A stretch of 64,000 nucleotides of DNA from Nemertoderma westbladi (GCA_032718475.1 JAUCBJ010006781.1:62001-126000), one strand, 5' to 3'; counted from the first letter of the stretch, positions 1-12,170 are shown. The notes: generated by a model not told the origin, from the sequence alone. Made by a program: numbers and translations.

Positions 1-221
1 ACGGACAGTAAGGAAAGAGAAAAATAATTATTTCTTCGCCGTCGCACTAAATATAATATAAGTAATTACGTACGTAATAAACACGAATATATTGCACTAT
101 TCTACAAAATAATCGCTAAATAATATTCTACTAAATTAAATAAAACGATTATAATAAAATTACATAGTAATACATACATAAATATAAAAATAATAAAATA
201 ATATAAAATAATAGAGTCACA
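1..221 (-). mobile_element. Probable start of the BEL 3' LTR (runs off the window)
   Basis: Right after the stop codon the minus strand reads purine-rich GGAGTGGGCG, then TGTGACTC at 221 (PPT followed by TG). No matching 5' LTR was found in the window. Confidence 0.5.
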
Positions 222-239
222 CGCCCACTCCGAACGATA

Positions 240-3200
240 TTAAGTTGGGGAGTCCCTAGATGTCGGTTGGATTAGGGAAGTGGTCGTGGGAAGAGTTTCT
301 TGCCTTCCATAGTTTCCGGAGAGCTCTCTGTCTCTTTCCAGTAAACATAAACGTCCCACTGGGCGATTGAGCTGTTGAGTCTCAAAGACTATCCCTGGTT
401 TCTTAAAGTTCCGCCGCATGACGACGAGCTCTACTGATCGCACCAAACCATCGCTCGAGATATAAGTCTCGATGATACGTCCTGTTTGCCATCGCTTACG
501 TGGGAGATCGGGGTCCACAATAAGCACCATGTCTCCAGCGCTGACGTTTTCTTGCTGCGCAAACCACTTAGTTCGAAGTTGTAGAGTGGGCAGGTAATGT
601 TTCTCGAAATGGTCAGCGAAACGACGGGATAGCAACTGCATAAGTTGCCAGGTTCGACGGCAGTACTCGTCTCCGTCTGTGATCTCCGATCGTGGGAGCA
701 TGGCTACGGGTTTCTTCAGTAGAAAGTGCGCGGGTGTTAGCGCTTCCAGGGAATCAGGATTTGAAGAGACTGGCATAAGCGGTCTTTCGTTGAGATAGGC
801 GGCGATTTCCTCCATTAACGTCCGCAATAGTTCGTCGGTGAGATAAGCGCGACAGGGCACAATAAAATGGAACGCAGTCTTCACGCTCCTAATCAATCTC
901 TCCCAACTTCCTCCCCACCAAGGGGCGTCGGCGGCGTTGAAGGTCCAGCTAGACGCTGTTATCCTTAGCTGATCGTCCACCTGTCTTTTGTTCCAGTCCT
1001 TTACGTAAGCTTGAATTTCGTTGTTGGCGCCAATGAAGTTCGTTCCCTTATCCGATCTCATCGTGTTACTGGTTCCGAAGCGAGCGATCTGTCGTCGTAA
1101 ACTCAACACGAAGCTGTTGGTGGATAGATCGTTTACCATATCGAGATGAATGGCTCTACAAGTCATACAAACGAAGATGACACACCATCTCTTGACTATA
1201 GTCCGGGCACGATATACTTCAATAGGGCCAAATAAATCCACACCGGTATTAGTAAAGGGTGGTTCATAGAAGCTTACTCTTTCCCTAGGTAATTCTGCCT
1301 CTCGCTGCGTTAAAGGCCTACTGAATGCTTTCCTACAGGGTATGCAGTTCCTAAGAACTTGGTTCAGAGCCCTACGGGGTTTATAAAAATAGTAGCGAGT
1401 TCGAATTTCGCTCAGAACTCGTTCTCTACCCGCATGGTACAGTTTGCTATGAACATCTACAATCATCTTGATTTGTATATCAAGATTTCTAATGAGTATG
1501 GGAAACTTGGTGTCAAAGGATAACGGGGCGTTGGTAAGCCGACCTCCAACACGTATTAACCCATCTATCATGGTACTAGAGAAGCGATCCCTTAAGCGCA
1601 TCTGTGGATTTCTTAACAACAGGAAATACTTATCGGAATCCTCATAGCATTGTAGGAGTCTCAGCATCTGTTTGTTGGTTTCATCATGCTCCTGGTAACT
1701 GATCTTTTCCTTTAGAAACCTGTCGGATATCTTGTATTTAGGAAGATCTTTAACAACATGGACTCGTGCAGATGTTGATGGAGCATCATCACTATTGGTC
1801 TTTGTTCCGGAGTAACGATGATGAAAACATCGTTTCAAATAGGTCACAGCTTTACAGAGCCGATTCCAGGAACTGTAGTGACGTATCGCTCTCTGCAAGA
1901 GAGGTGAGAGTCCTTGTGCGATATCTGGTATTCCAGATTTCCAATCCTTGTCACGGATTTCCAAGACTTCTTTAGTCGTGGCAGTGGGTTTCTGATCCAA
2001 AGCATCCTCTCCGGAAGTAAATAATACAGATAGATCAACCGCAGGTTTAAACAACTTCGATTTACTCGCTCGAGTTTTGGGTTTAACTTTCTCCGCTCCC
2101 TTGGCCTGTCTGATCTCTGCTGTTGTGAGATGGGGAGGCCATTCTTCTTCTTCTCTGTAGAGAAAGTCGGGTCCTCCTAACCATTCGGGAGTATTTACCA
2201 ATTCCTTTGGAGTCGCTCCCCGGGAAGCGATGTCTGCTGGATTAATCGTTCCGGGGCAATGTCTCCATTGGTCCATCGTCGTGCGACTAAGTATGATGGC
2301 TACTCTGTTGGTAACGAAGACGCTGAACTGACAGACTTCATTGGTTATATACTCTAACACGAGTAAAGCGTCGGTCCAATAGACAGTTTTCTCTAATGGA
2401 TAGTCAATCTGTTCGGTTACATTCCGGCCGATGGCTGTAGCGTATAGAGCCGCTTTTAACTCCGCTCGAGGAACTTTCAACTTGTTGTTGATTAATGCCT
2501 TAGAAGTAACCAAGGCGACTTTGATTCCATCCGGAGTTTCCACTCTTAGGTAGGCTACTATACCGATTCCCATATCGCTGGCGTCTCCAAACACATGGAG
2601 TTGATAGGAATACGTAGGGAGAACATGACCAAAATATGAACGGGAAATTATAAAATCCTCGATCGCTGGCAGAGAATCTTCCCATTTCATCCACTGCTTC
2701 AATAATTCCCCCTTAAGTGGATCGTCCCATGAGTGGTTTTCAAGCCACATTTGTTGTACCAAACTACGAGCAATCAATATAACTGGGCTAATAAATCCCA
2801 ATGGATCGAAATAAGTGCTCAGTATACTTAAGCAAATCCGTTTGGTTCGAACTGGATTATCTCGCTGTTTTAGCTGGAAAAACAGGATATCTCTCTCTGT
2901 GTCCCATTTCAAGCCGAGTGTCTTGGTCTCTGGCAGATCATCTTTGATCAAATCGAGATCTTTCGCTCCGCGATCTTCCGCAGGGATCGACTCCAGAAAC
3001 TCACGGGAGTTGCTGGTGAATTTTGTTAATCGAAAACCACCTCTTTTTAAGCACTCTACCGTTCCTTTAGCGACCTCAATGGCTTCCTCAACTGATGGAA
3101 GGGACTTCAGATTGTCGTCCATGTATATGTCTCTCTTGATGTTGTCGATCACTTCCTTAGAGAAGGCCTCTCTGTTGTCCTCTGCAGTGGTACGCACTAC

Positions 3201-6200
3201 CGAACAGGCGTTGGAAGGGCTTGAGATTATCCCAAAGGCCTGGATGGTCATCCAGTACTCCACCGGTTTCTGGTTGAGGTCTCCTTCGGGCCACCATAGA
3301 AATCGTAAGCTATCCCGATCCCTATCCAACACTTTGACTTGCAAGAACATGCCTTCTATATCGGAGGCGAAAGCAATCGAATATTGTCTCAATCTTAAAA
3401 GAATTCCCAACAAAGATTGAAGTAAGTTGGGTCCGGGTAACAATTCAGAGTTAAGGGATTGACCCATGTAAAGAGCGGAGCCATCAAACACTACTCTCAC
3501 TTCATTGGGTTTACCGGGTTTAGGAACGTAATGGTGAGTTAAATAATACGTTCTTTCAGTCACAGGTGTTTCTTCCGGTACTCTCTCCGCGTATCCCTTA
3601 TTAATAAATTTTTCCAGCTGTGTTTGATACATTGCTTTAGCTGAAGAATTAGCCGTAAGGCGTCGATGGAGTTGCGCGATTCTTTTTTCCGCCAAAGGTC
3701 TGTTATTAATGAACTTCGGTTCTCTCTTGCGAAAAGGTAAACCGACTTCGTACCTTCCTTGATCTTTGAGGAAACGTGTAGTTGTCTCTTGGATCTGCTT
3801 GGCCCTTTCCTCTTCCACCGACAAGGCTTTATCGTAGGAATTGGGCTCTACCACCTCTTGCGTAAAGAATCGTACGGCATGTTCATCCCGAATCTTGGCA
3901 TTATGACGCTCAATGACGTCATTTAACTCGTCGTTATAAGCTTCTCGTTCAGATGGATAGAGAAGTTGACATAAGTTCACTTGGTTTTGCCAAGCCTCGT
4001 TTTCCTTAAGGAGATCGATGGTATTCTCCTCATCAAAAAGCTGGTGAACGTCGTCATTATCTGAGGAGTATGGAATTCCCTCAGTTGAGTTGTCTCCCTC
4101 ACTGGTATCATCTTCCCATTCACTCACCTGGCAGACTCTCTCTTGCGGTAGTCTTTCTCTGAGTGTTCTACGGGAAGGGCCAGTAAAGTACCAACCTACT
4201 CTAGTTCTTACCGCATAGGTCTGTAGGGGCTGCGGTTGAGCAGGCCGTTTCTCTAATGTCTCCAGCGCCTCATGCGCGTTTTGGCCGATGAGTATTTGCA
4301 CTCCAGGATAATCAGTCTGGAATCGAGGAATGTTAAGATGTTGGATGCTCTCATCCTCGTCCCAATTATAAAGGTCTGCTTGAGTAGTAGCGAAGTTCTT
4401 TATAGCCACCATTTTCACTGACCTTATGCTGTTTTCTCCTAGTTCGTCCTGGGGGGTGGACAACGCTCCTACATAATAATCAGCTGTCATTGTAGATTTC
4501 CAAACTTGCATAATGCCTGACATGTTGAGCTTAGTTTGGAACTTGGGTTGTCCAGCAAATATATATTCGGCTAACTCTTTATCGATGAATGTTCCTGTGC
4601 TGCCGGAGTCCAGGAGGGCGTTCACTACATAACTCCTCTTAGGTCCGTGAACCCTTACTTGCACCACAGGAAACTCTCGGATCCCTACATTGGAAGATGA
4701 CTCTTTCCCAAATGGTTGTCGCTCAGAAGTAGTTAGAGTAAAGTCGTTGTCTGTATCCTTTTCATACGTGAGTGCTCGATACACTGCGGTATTTATCATG
4801 TAACAGGATTCGTTTTCGTCGGAGAACTCGTCTGTATAGAATCCTTCCATCTCAGATTGATCAGTGTCGTTCACATCACTGAATTGGACATGTAGCTCGG
4901 AATCACTTACCTGATTCGGACTATTTCGATCGAATTCAGCGTGCAACAAGATATGATGTTTCGCACCACACTTTGCACACCTTATGTCAGAGAAACAGGT
5001 TCGCCGTTGGTGTCCTTGTCTGAGGCAATTATAACATAACCGCTTATCCCACATGACTTCGCGTCTCTCTGTTAATGATTTCTTTAGAAATTCATCACAC
5101 CTATTCAAATGGTGGGTCCCGTCGCACAGCGCACATTTCGGTTTGATGTTACTTACCTTATTCTGAGTCACATTGTGTACACTTGCCTTTTCTTCGGGCT
5201 TTCTCACCTGAATTCTCTTGGGAGACGTGGGAGGAGTTTTTCTTACCTGTTCCCTCCTGTCATTTGTTCGAGACTTGAATTTACTTACCTGATCTTTAGG
5301 CATTTTATTCACATAATAAGATCTATCCGTGTCCTTCCCGCTATCTTCTCCTTGAGAAGTCTGGCTTTCGCCGTCATCAGTATAACATACTGGTGTTACC
5401 TTTCTCCTAGAGACGGGTTTTTCACTTACCTTGTTTTCCGGTGTCTTCTCTCTGGACAGTTTCAGGAGCTGTAATTTCACTTCTCCATCTAGGAATGACA
5501 TGAGATCAGCCATGGTAGGGTCTCGCCGTTGTTGTTCTATCATATATAACACTTTCTTATCCCAGCGTGTACCTACTCCACCTTTCGGTAAAGTAGAAGC
5601 CACTGCTCTAATAACCATAGTGTTCTGATACTCATGAGACTTACCTAGCCAATCTAATTGTCTGCAGATCTCCTGGATCTCATTGGAAAACTCGATAATT
5701 CCGCTACTAATAAACTTTCGGGGCGCTACTAACTTTGCATACAAGTACCCAGCGATATTATTCCTTTTACCATACCTGATGTTTAGTGTATCCCAAACTT
5801 GTCTTAATCCGTCTGGATGTCCAATAAACTTTAACGCCATTAACTTGGGAGATCCTTCCAAGCACTCGATGAGGTATCTAAGTTTTTCTCCATTAGATAG
5901 TACAGAGTTCTGTATGTTATCTTTGTAATATTCATTAAAAGGTAACCATTTCATCTCATCTCCATTGAACTTGACGATCTCTCCAACCTTTACCGCTTGA
6001 CGGGCTTCGGTTCTAGCCATTTGACGAGTAAAACTTTCTTGGGCCATCGTGCTATTTAATATCGAGTTATCGGTATATAAATTTCTCGGATTATGATCCG
6101 ATCTATAGGGAATATCACTATCAACAGGTCTATAATTACCCCTAATAGGGTTCACTATAGGAGTTTCTACTTCGCTAGCAGTGTAGATGCGTGTAGGCTC

Positions 6201-8306
6201 CACACCTTGCGCATGAGATACTTCAGACCTAACGGGTTGACACATTGTTACAGAGGGTGGTGGTATACCCTTTTGTAAATTTACTAATTTATCGCGCTCT
6301 AGCGCGATATTTTGCTGCACTTCTTGTAACTCTAACTTACTTTCCCTCACTGTTCCCTTTAAATGTTGGACAGTCCCTTCCAACTCTCGGACCTGTTGGG
6401 AGGAGCGTATCCGATTCTCCTTCATCTCTCCGAGGAGAATATCCATCCCCCGCCGTCTCTCGTCTACCCAATCAACCGCCGAAACGGGATCCGCCAACGT
6501 CGTAGCGGGCAGACGAGGGACAACGGGCGACAAATTTGGAATATTTCGCTCGGGGTCCAGGACCTGAACTGTCTCCTGGGCAGTTCTACGGGGCACAGGT
6601 AGCTTAGTGCTATGCAGAGGGAATTTATAGGTAGCTTCAGGGAGCACAGGTGTATCTATTACCGAAGGGGTGATTTCAAGAACAGGCCTACTTATTTCAG
6701 GCTCATCTACTATAGTAGGGAGTCTTTCTATTGTAATTATTTGGTCTGTGGGTTCTGTACTCTCTAAGTTGGTGTTATTTAGTTGCCTTCTAACAGCTGG
6801 AGGCAAATCAGGCAATTTCTGACGGTGGAATGTTCTTTTACGTCTGCTTAGGCGGGATCGATTTCCTCCGCCTTCAGTGTCGGTGGTATCGCCTTCCTCA
6901 GATGATGTATAACCTTGTCGTTTGGGAGTAGATCGATTCATCATCTGCACATTACTAGCTGTTAACTGTTTATTAAAGTTATCTTGCCTCTCTTGAAGAT
7001 TTTCCAACTCTAGTTGGGTTGTCTCTTCAGATGCCCTCCGTTCTGCTTCTGCCACTGCTATCTTTCTTTCCGCTTCTGCTGCTGCCGCTTTCCTTTCCGC
7101 TTCTGCCGCTGCCACTGCCGCGGCTGCTGTCTTTCTATCTTCTATACGTTTTTTCCTTACTTGTTCTTCCTTTTCTCTAGCGATGCGGAGTTGTTCATCG
7201 AATTTAGCTTGGTTCGCCGCTAACCTATCCACATCAATCGCATCTAACACAAGTTTGGCTCCTTCGCTGTTAGGGCTAAGTCCCTCTAGCCTTCTCCTCA
7301 ACTCTTCATCTCCCAAAAAACGCTGATAGTCTGACAGATAGATATCAATGGCATCCTTCTTATGCGGTTTCTCTGCCGTCGCTTCACTTTCCACTTGGGA
7401 AAAAGTAGCGTCCGTCGATTCTCCATGGGTTGAGCGCTCCTCCAACTGAGCTTTCCACTGAGCTGCTCCTTGAACCTGGCGTCTCACCCTTTGAAGCCAA
7501 GTCTTTACGGCAACTTGCAACGACGTGTCTTGTCTTCTTTTAGAAGCCTCCTCAAAGGCGGATAAGATTAGCCTAATTCGCAGAACTCTTTCTCTAACTT
7601 GATAAAGCAGCTGTCCCTGCTCTTGAGGTCCTTGAGGTTGTTTAAACAGTTGTCTTTCTACTCGCTCCATAGAGCTGAAGAATCCCTGTGCGTATCCGGC
7701 TGCGGACCTCTTCCATACAGCTGGATCGATGGTTTCCTTGGCTACTCCCATCCGGTGTATGTCTTCCCAGGCAGCTTCTGATAAATCAAACGGGAGTCCG
7801 GGTCCGGGGAAGTTCCATTGCGACTCGACAATAGACTTCAGTTCTTCACTCGTGTATCCCGCGTAACTATCTCTAGTTGACCGTTGACTTCTCGCCCAAT
7901 CGATCTGGTGTTCTTCCACCACGATCAATAACCTAGTGAGTACGGCTGCAGGAAGGATGAGAAGTGGATCCGTATAAACCGCATCCGTCATCTCTGCTCC
8001 GCGCTCGGGTGTCAGCTCTACAGTATCCTCACTACTGGAGCTGCTGGGCCGCTGAGGAATAAGTTCTTGACTCGCGGGTTGTTGCTGTTCCGCTGCTTCT
8101 TGGTCCCGCTTGACCTGAGCTCGAGTGCTTATGATAGACCTACGATGTTGGACTAGCCTAGGTTCTGTTATTACTACTGGAGGGATGACCTTCCTCACAG
8201 TGGGAGGTGAACTGAATTTACGACCAGAAGGTTGTACGTCTCTATCTGAGTCGCAGATAGTTACATCTAATATACTGTCTGACAGGTTCTGCTTAGTATC
8301 AGACAT
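240..8306 (-). CDS. BEL/Pao LTR retrotransposon gag-pol polyprotein (2688 aa, uninterrupted)
   Basis: BEL-type triple Zn knuckle (CALCDGTHHLNRC, CYNCLRQGHQRRTC, CAKCGAKHHILLH); aspartic protease ALLDSGS; RT (RVVFDGS, DIEGMFLQV, YMDD); RNase H FGDAS; integrase HHCC plus GVDLFGP/SDKGTNF/GGSWERL; C-terminal PRKRWQTGRI...DGLVRSV. Domain order PR-RT-RH-IN in a single ORF. Confidence 0.96.
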   Translation of the reverse strand: MSDTKQNLSDSILDVTICDSDRDVQPSGRKFSSPPTVRKVIPPVVITEPRLVQHRRSIISTRAQVKRDQEAAEQQQPASQELIPQRPSSSSSEDTVELTPERGAEMTDAVYTDPLLILPAAVLTRLLIVVEEHQIDWARSQRSTRDSYAGYTSEELKSIVESQWNFPGPGLPFDLSEAAWEDIHRMGVAKETIDPAVWKRSAAGYAQGFFSSMERVERQLFKQPQGPQEQGQLLYQVRERVLRIRLILSAFEEASKRRQDTSLQVAVKTWLQRVRRQVQGAAQWKAQLEERSTHGESTDATFSQVESEATAEKPHKKDAIDIYLSDYQRFLGDEELRRRLEGLSPNSEGAKLVLDAIDVDRLAANQAKFDEQLRIAREKEEQVRKKRIEDRKTAAAAVAAAEAERKAAAAEAERKIAVAEAERRASEETTQLELENLQERQDNFNKQLTASNVQMMNRSTPKRQGYTSSEEGDTTDTEGGGNRSRLSRRKRTFHRQKLPDLPPAVRRQLNNTNLESTEPTDQIITIERLPTIVDEPEISRPVLEITPSVIDTPVLPEATYKFPLHSTKLPVPRRTAQETVQVLDPERNIPNLSPVVPRLPATTLADPVSAVDWVDERRRGMDILLGEMKENRIRSSQQVRELEGTVQHLKGTVRESKLELQEVQQNIALERDKLVNLQKGIPPPSVTMCQPVRSEVSHAQGVEPTRIYTASEVETPIVNPIRGNYRPVDSDIPYRSDHNPRNLYTDNSILNSTMAQESFTRQMARTEARQAVKVGEIVKFNGDEMKWLPFNEYYKDNIQNSVLSNGEKLRYLIECLEGSPKLMALKFIGHPDGLRQVWDTLNIRYGKRNNIAGYLYAKLVAPRKFISSGIIEFSNEIQEICRQLDWLGKSHEYQNTMVIRAVASTLPKGGVGTRWDKKVLYMIEQQRRDPTMADLMSFLDGEVKLQLLKLSREKTPENKVSEKPVSRRKVTPVCYTDDGESQTSQGEDSGKDTDRSYYVNKMPKDQVSKFKSRTNDRREQVRKTPPTSPKRIQVRKPEEKASVHNVTQNKVSNIKPKCALCDGTHHLNRCDEFLKKSLTERREVMWDKRLCYNCLRQGHQRRTCFSDIRCAKCGAKHHILLHAEFDRNSPNQVSDSELHVQFSDVNDTDQSEMEGFYTDEFSDENESCYMINTAVYRALTYEKDTDNDFTLTTSERQPFGKESSSNVGIREFPVVQVRVHGPKRSYVVNALLDSGSTGTFIDKELAEYIFAGQPKFQTKLNMSGIMQVWKSTMTADYYVGALSTPQDELGENSIRSVKMVAIKNFATTQADLYNWDEDESIQHLNIPRFQTDYPGVQILIGQNAHEALETLEKRPAQPQPLQTYAVRTRVGWYFTGPSRRTLRERLPQERVCQVSEWEDDTSEGDNSTEGIPYSSDNDDVHQLFDEENTIDLLKENEAWQNQVNLCQLLYPSEREAYNDELNDVIERHNAKIRDEHAVRFFTQEVVEPNSYDKALSVEEERAKQIQETTTRFLKDQGRYEVGLPFRKREPKFINNRPLAEKRIAQLHRRLTANSSAKAMYQTQLEKFINKGYAERVPEETPVTERTYYLTHHYVPKPGKPNEVRVVFDGSALYMGQSLNSELLPGPNLLQSLLGILLRLRQYSIAFASDIEGMFLQVKVLDRDRDSLRFLWWPEGDLNQKPVEYWMTIQAFGIISSPSNACSVVRTTAEDNREAFSKEVIDNIKRDIYMDDNLKSLPSVEEAIEVAKGTVECLKRGGFRLTKFTSNSREFLESIPAEDRGAKDLDLIKDDLPETKTLGLKWDTERDILFFQLKQRDNPVRTKRICLSILSTYFDPLGFISPVILIARSLVQQMWLENHSWDDPLKGELLKQWMKWEDSLPAIEDFIISRSYFGHVLPTYSYQLHVFGDASDMGIGIVAYLRVETPDGIKVALVTSKALINNKLKVPRAELKAALYATAIGRNVTEQIDYPLEKTVYWTDALLVLEYITNEVCQFSVFVTNRVAIILSRTTMDQWRHCPGTINPADIASRGATPKELVNTPEWLGGPDFLYREEEEWPPHLTTAEIRQAKGAEKVKPKTRASKSKLFKPAVDLSVLFTSGEDALDQKPTATTKEVLEIRDKDWKSGIPDIAQGLSPLLQRAIRHYSSWNRLCKAVTYLKRCFHHRYSGTKTNSDDAPSTSARVHVVKDLPKYKISDRFLKEKISYQEHDETNKQMLRLLQCYEDSDKYFLLLRNPQMRLRDRFSSTMIDGLIRVGGRLTNAPLSFDTKFPILIRNLDIQIKMIVDVHSKLYHAGRERVLSEIRTRYYFYKPRRALNQVLRNCIPCRKAFSRPLTQREAELPRERVSFYEPPFTNTGVDLFGPIEVYRARTIVKRWCVIFVCMTCRAIHLDMVNDLSTNSFVLSLRRQIARFGTSNTMRSDKGTNFIGANNEIQAYVKDWNKRQVDDQLRITASSWTFNAADAPWWGGSWERLIRSVKTAFHFIVPCRAYLTDELLRTLMEEIAAYLNERPLMPVSSNPDSLEALTPAHFLLKKPVAMLPRSEITDGDEYCRRTWQLMQLLSRRFADHFEKHYLPTLQLRTKWFAQQENVSAGDMVLIVDPDLPRKRWQTGRIIETYISSDGLVRSVELVVMRRNFKKPGIVFETQQLNRPVGRLCLLERDRELSGNYGRQETLPTTTSLIQPTSRDSPT

Positions 8307-8389
8307 GACTATGTATACCGTTGAATGTCTACTGCTTTATTACAGTCTGAGCAAGTCTAGTAACTCAGTATTAACTGCTAGCCTAATAA

Positions 8390-8690
8390 TTAATTACCGG
8401 TACTGCTACTCAGTCTAGCGTGATATATATATAATATATTAGAATACCGGTATGCTTATAGTATATATAACTATTATTACAGACTAGGTTTATCACCGAA
8501 TACCGGTATAATTTTAGCACAAATATATACAAATATATAATAGGCCTATCGGGAATACCGGTACACAGCTTACAGTTTATAGTATATATAATTCTGGACT
8601 AGAATTAATTACAAGTACCGGTATAATGTAAGCCTAAAATTTACAGAAATAAAGATAATAGGCCTATCGTAAATACCGGTATATCAATTA
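8390..8690. repeat. Degenerate ~55-60 bp tandem repeat with TACCGGTA palindromes, upstream of the BEL ORF
   Basis: TACCGGTA at about 8395, 8445, 8501, 8556, 8617 and 8674. Alternate copies share ATAATAGGCCTATCG. Confidence 0.65.
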
Positions 8691-9659
8691 TTTTAGAATA
8701 ATTGAATTTCTGAACTTTAGGGTTACTTGGTTACTTTAACTTACTTTATTACCGTTATTTAAGCAGTAGTCCAACTGATATTGAGACCTAATTGTTATAT
8801 GGTAGGCCTACTATTTATAAATCGTTAGATTTGATTTATAATATATATATACCCGTTTTATGGGTTTTGTCAATGTTGAAATAAATGTTATTGTTTCTGG
8901 GGGGTAATCACTGCACAAAGCGGTACGCTTTCAGTGAAGTGTTACGTACAGGACACTAAAACAAATGATTCTAATTTACCTAAGTTACTTAATACTACAA
9001 ATTACGTACAATTCGGGTGAGATTACAATCTCTAAATAAACACAAAAATTTACAAAAAACACAAATACGAATTTTTAGGGTAATTTTACAAGAAGTCTAC
9101 AAACCAGCCTAACAAAGGGTTAGAAATCTGGTTATTACAACGGACAGGGTACTACGGTATTTGAAATAATAAGTAGTAGTAAATACACTGCGTTGTCCAG
9201 ATAGAAAAATACCACCGCCTGACGACCTATAGCCGTATCGCTATAGGTTCTACGTTATGTATCACGGAGTGTTCCTACCTAGAAGTTAATAGAGCTAATC
9301 GAACGTGCCTATCAACCACTTTACAACACAAATATAATGTCTACACTAATTACTTCGGAAAGTACTGTACACTAAACCCTAAATTAGGTACGAGTACTTG
9401 TATAACATATAATCTATAGTTAAATATACTTGAACAGCTAAAAGAACCACGGCATCTGCTGGAGTGACCGATGCACAAAATCACCAGTCTTTACCTACGC
9501 CAAGCAGCCCGTGTAGTACCGGGGTTAATTTAACTATAGCGGTATGTATAACAAACACAATTACTGTAGGAACAAACTTGGGGAATATGAATGTTGCGAA
9601 TAATCGCATAAACTCTGAATAATAAATATTACGCTACGCGTACAAACTACTCAAATAAA

Positions 9660-10190
9660 ATGCAGACCGAACACTGACAGACTACTATCAAGCCTAAACA
9701 AACTACGGTATATGCAGACTCCGAAATAATTAGGTAGTATGCGTTCTAACCCAGTAGTACGACTTATTCTTTAATTGGGGGTTTACCTTACAGCATTCGC
9801 TGCCCCTACTTCCTAACCGTTCTTTATCGGACAAGTGATCTACACACGCTGCAATCCGTTCAGACCTAATAACAGCCAGACAACTATCTAGCCTACAAAT
9901 TATCTAAATAAAATTATACGCTAACCGTACAGACTTACACAAACAAAGTACAGACTAAACGATGGCAGACTACTCTCAAGCCTAAATAAACTACAGGACA
10001 TGCAGACTCCGAAATGATTAGGGAGTATGCGTTCTAACCCAGTAGTACGACTTATTCTTTAATTGGGGGTTTACCTTACAGCATTCGCTGCCCCTACTTC
10101 CTAACCGTACTTAATCGGACAGGTGATCTACACACACTGCAATTCGTTCGGACTTAACAGCAATCAGACAACAGCTCAGCCTACAAATCG
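9660..10190. repeat. Direct duplication (~240 bp, period 288 bp) in the BEL leader region
   Basis: GCGTTCTAACCCAGTAGTACG...CCTAACCGT occurs at 9741 and 10029 as an identical ~80 bp core with diverged flanks. Confidence 0.9.
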
Positions 10191-12170
10191 TCTGTACAAT
10201 CTGATCAGGTTTACACGCCTTCTGTTCAATACTGGCCTACAAACAAATAAAACTTGACAGAAATAAGTAAAATCTCAATAAAAAACCAGGGCTGCAGTCC
10301 CTGATTAATTATTAAGGCCTACTGGTATATAATTATCAAAATCGAATAATACTGCTGTACCTATACTGCTGTAGGTACCGGTCCGGATGATCAGGCAGTC
10401 AGGCCTACTGGTTACCGATCGACCGGTACTTTCGACTAGATTGCTTACACCGCAATCCAGAAGCAATATCTGTTATTGTTTGCGCTTTTAAAGACCTTTG
10501 ACAGTTTAACCTGCCAAAATTAGAATGTCTTTTGGATGATAGATAGTCTTTAGCCTATGACGAGTATTTGATACACTACATTAGCCGAAGCCAGTCTATG
10601 CGCAATCATTCACCCGTTGGATATACCCGGGAGACTGAGTTCGGGGCTTAATGATTGATGGTGTAAGCCTACTGTATTATTCGACTGATCGTAATATATA
10701 ATCTCTGACAAATATTATTCACTTTCGGGAAATATTAACAGTTCCTTTAGGACGTGGCGCTCTAAATATATAAACAGAGTTATGACTTAAACTAGTCACA
10801 ACGAAAAGGCTATAGATTCACGTATATGGCACATTCTTTAGGAGATGTTTTGTTATCAGTTACACTCATACACAATGCTGCACAATACTGCACACTAATC
10901 TGCCGACCTTCACTAAATTTGGTCACGTATAAAGAGAGCAACAGACAATTTATGTTGGGCATATGAAATAGCATTAGATTCACTTCAAACCACTCAACAC
11001 AGGTCGCAATCGTTTATCTGTAACCGGTCTCTCTAACCTTTAGTATATCAAGAAGGTGGGGTGTCTGACTATTGATCAGTATTCCGATATAATATTTCAT
11101 CAACCAATATAATGAATAACCGACAGTAAAAGCAGTAATATTAATGTATAAATGATTATTAAGTGAATGAGTTAACTTGTGTAACTCGTGTTTCGATTGA
11201 TAACAGATATACGTTCTATAATTGAGCCTACTAATGTAAGACTAAAGACTGAAAACACGGAGGTGCCAAAAGCCGGTTCTTAGGCTCTGGGCAAAAACAT
11301 AACACTGAACACTGATAAGAATAACCTTATTTACAAAGGCTTCCACCCACCACAGAGAATGAGCATAAAGATAGGAAATTCAGTTCAGTAGATCTGTGAT
11401 AGGTCGAAATCAAAACTAACTCAAATCCTATTGGCAGATACAGAAAGTTGCAACGTGGCAATATCAGCCGTTAGCCGTCGTCATGGTAGCGACACTGTTT
11501 TCAAGAGTATCGAGCCTTTTACGTCACGAAATTGCAGATTATGTCCTCTAAAGTACAAATACAGAAGAAATGGCTTTTATGTCCTCCAAAACACCAGTAC
11601 AGCAAGGACACGGCCCTTTTATGCCTGGTAAACCAACCACAGAGTACTTTACGGGGATAATAACCGGCTAATTACGCAAAAGCTTTTACAAGGGGGTGGC
11701 ATTTCAAATCTCAAATTTTGCAAAAGATGCACCGCAAATTTGACTAATTATATGGTTGGGTAATTACTGCTATTCTACACTAGAAGGGAGCCTTTTCGAC
11801 CCCCCCCCCCCCCCCCCCCCGGGTTTAAAAAGTTAAAGCAATCATGCAATAAACTAGCCTGACTTCCTAATAACTGCAGCTAAAAAATAAGCAACGCACA
11901 AACGTTTTTTAAATGACCAACAAACCTATAAAAAACACAGCTATCTTACCTTTAAAACAAGAGGCAATGGGAGATACGTAATAGTTTATACTCAAAGATA
12001 ACTAACTAGGTAACTATACAGATAGTATATAAGTCTTATCTTAATCAACTAATTCAGTATCTCCAACAAACAATCTATACAGTCAGCATTCCTCTTCACG
12101 AACTGCAGTAACTAAGACACTAATTAATCTCCAACAAACAAAGACAGTATCTCAATTCGATTTCAATAAT

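Noticed and set aside
11250-11700. Candidate PBS / 5' LTR boundary of the BEL element (TGGCACC, TGGTGTT)
   Set aside because: No confident tRNA complement and no match to bases 1-221.
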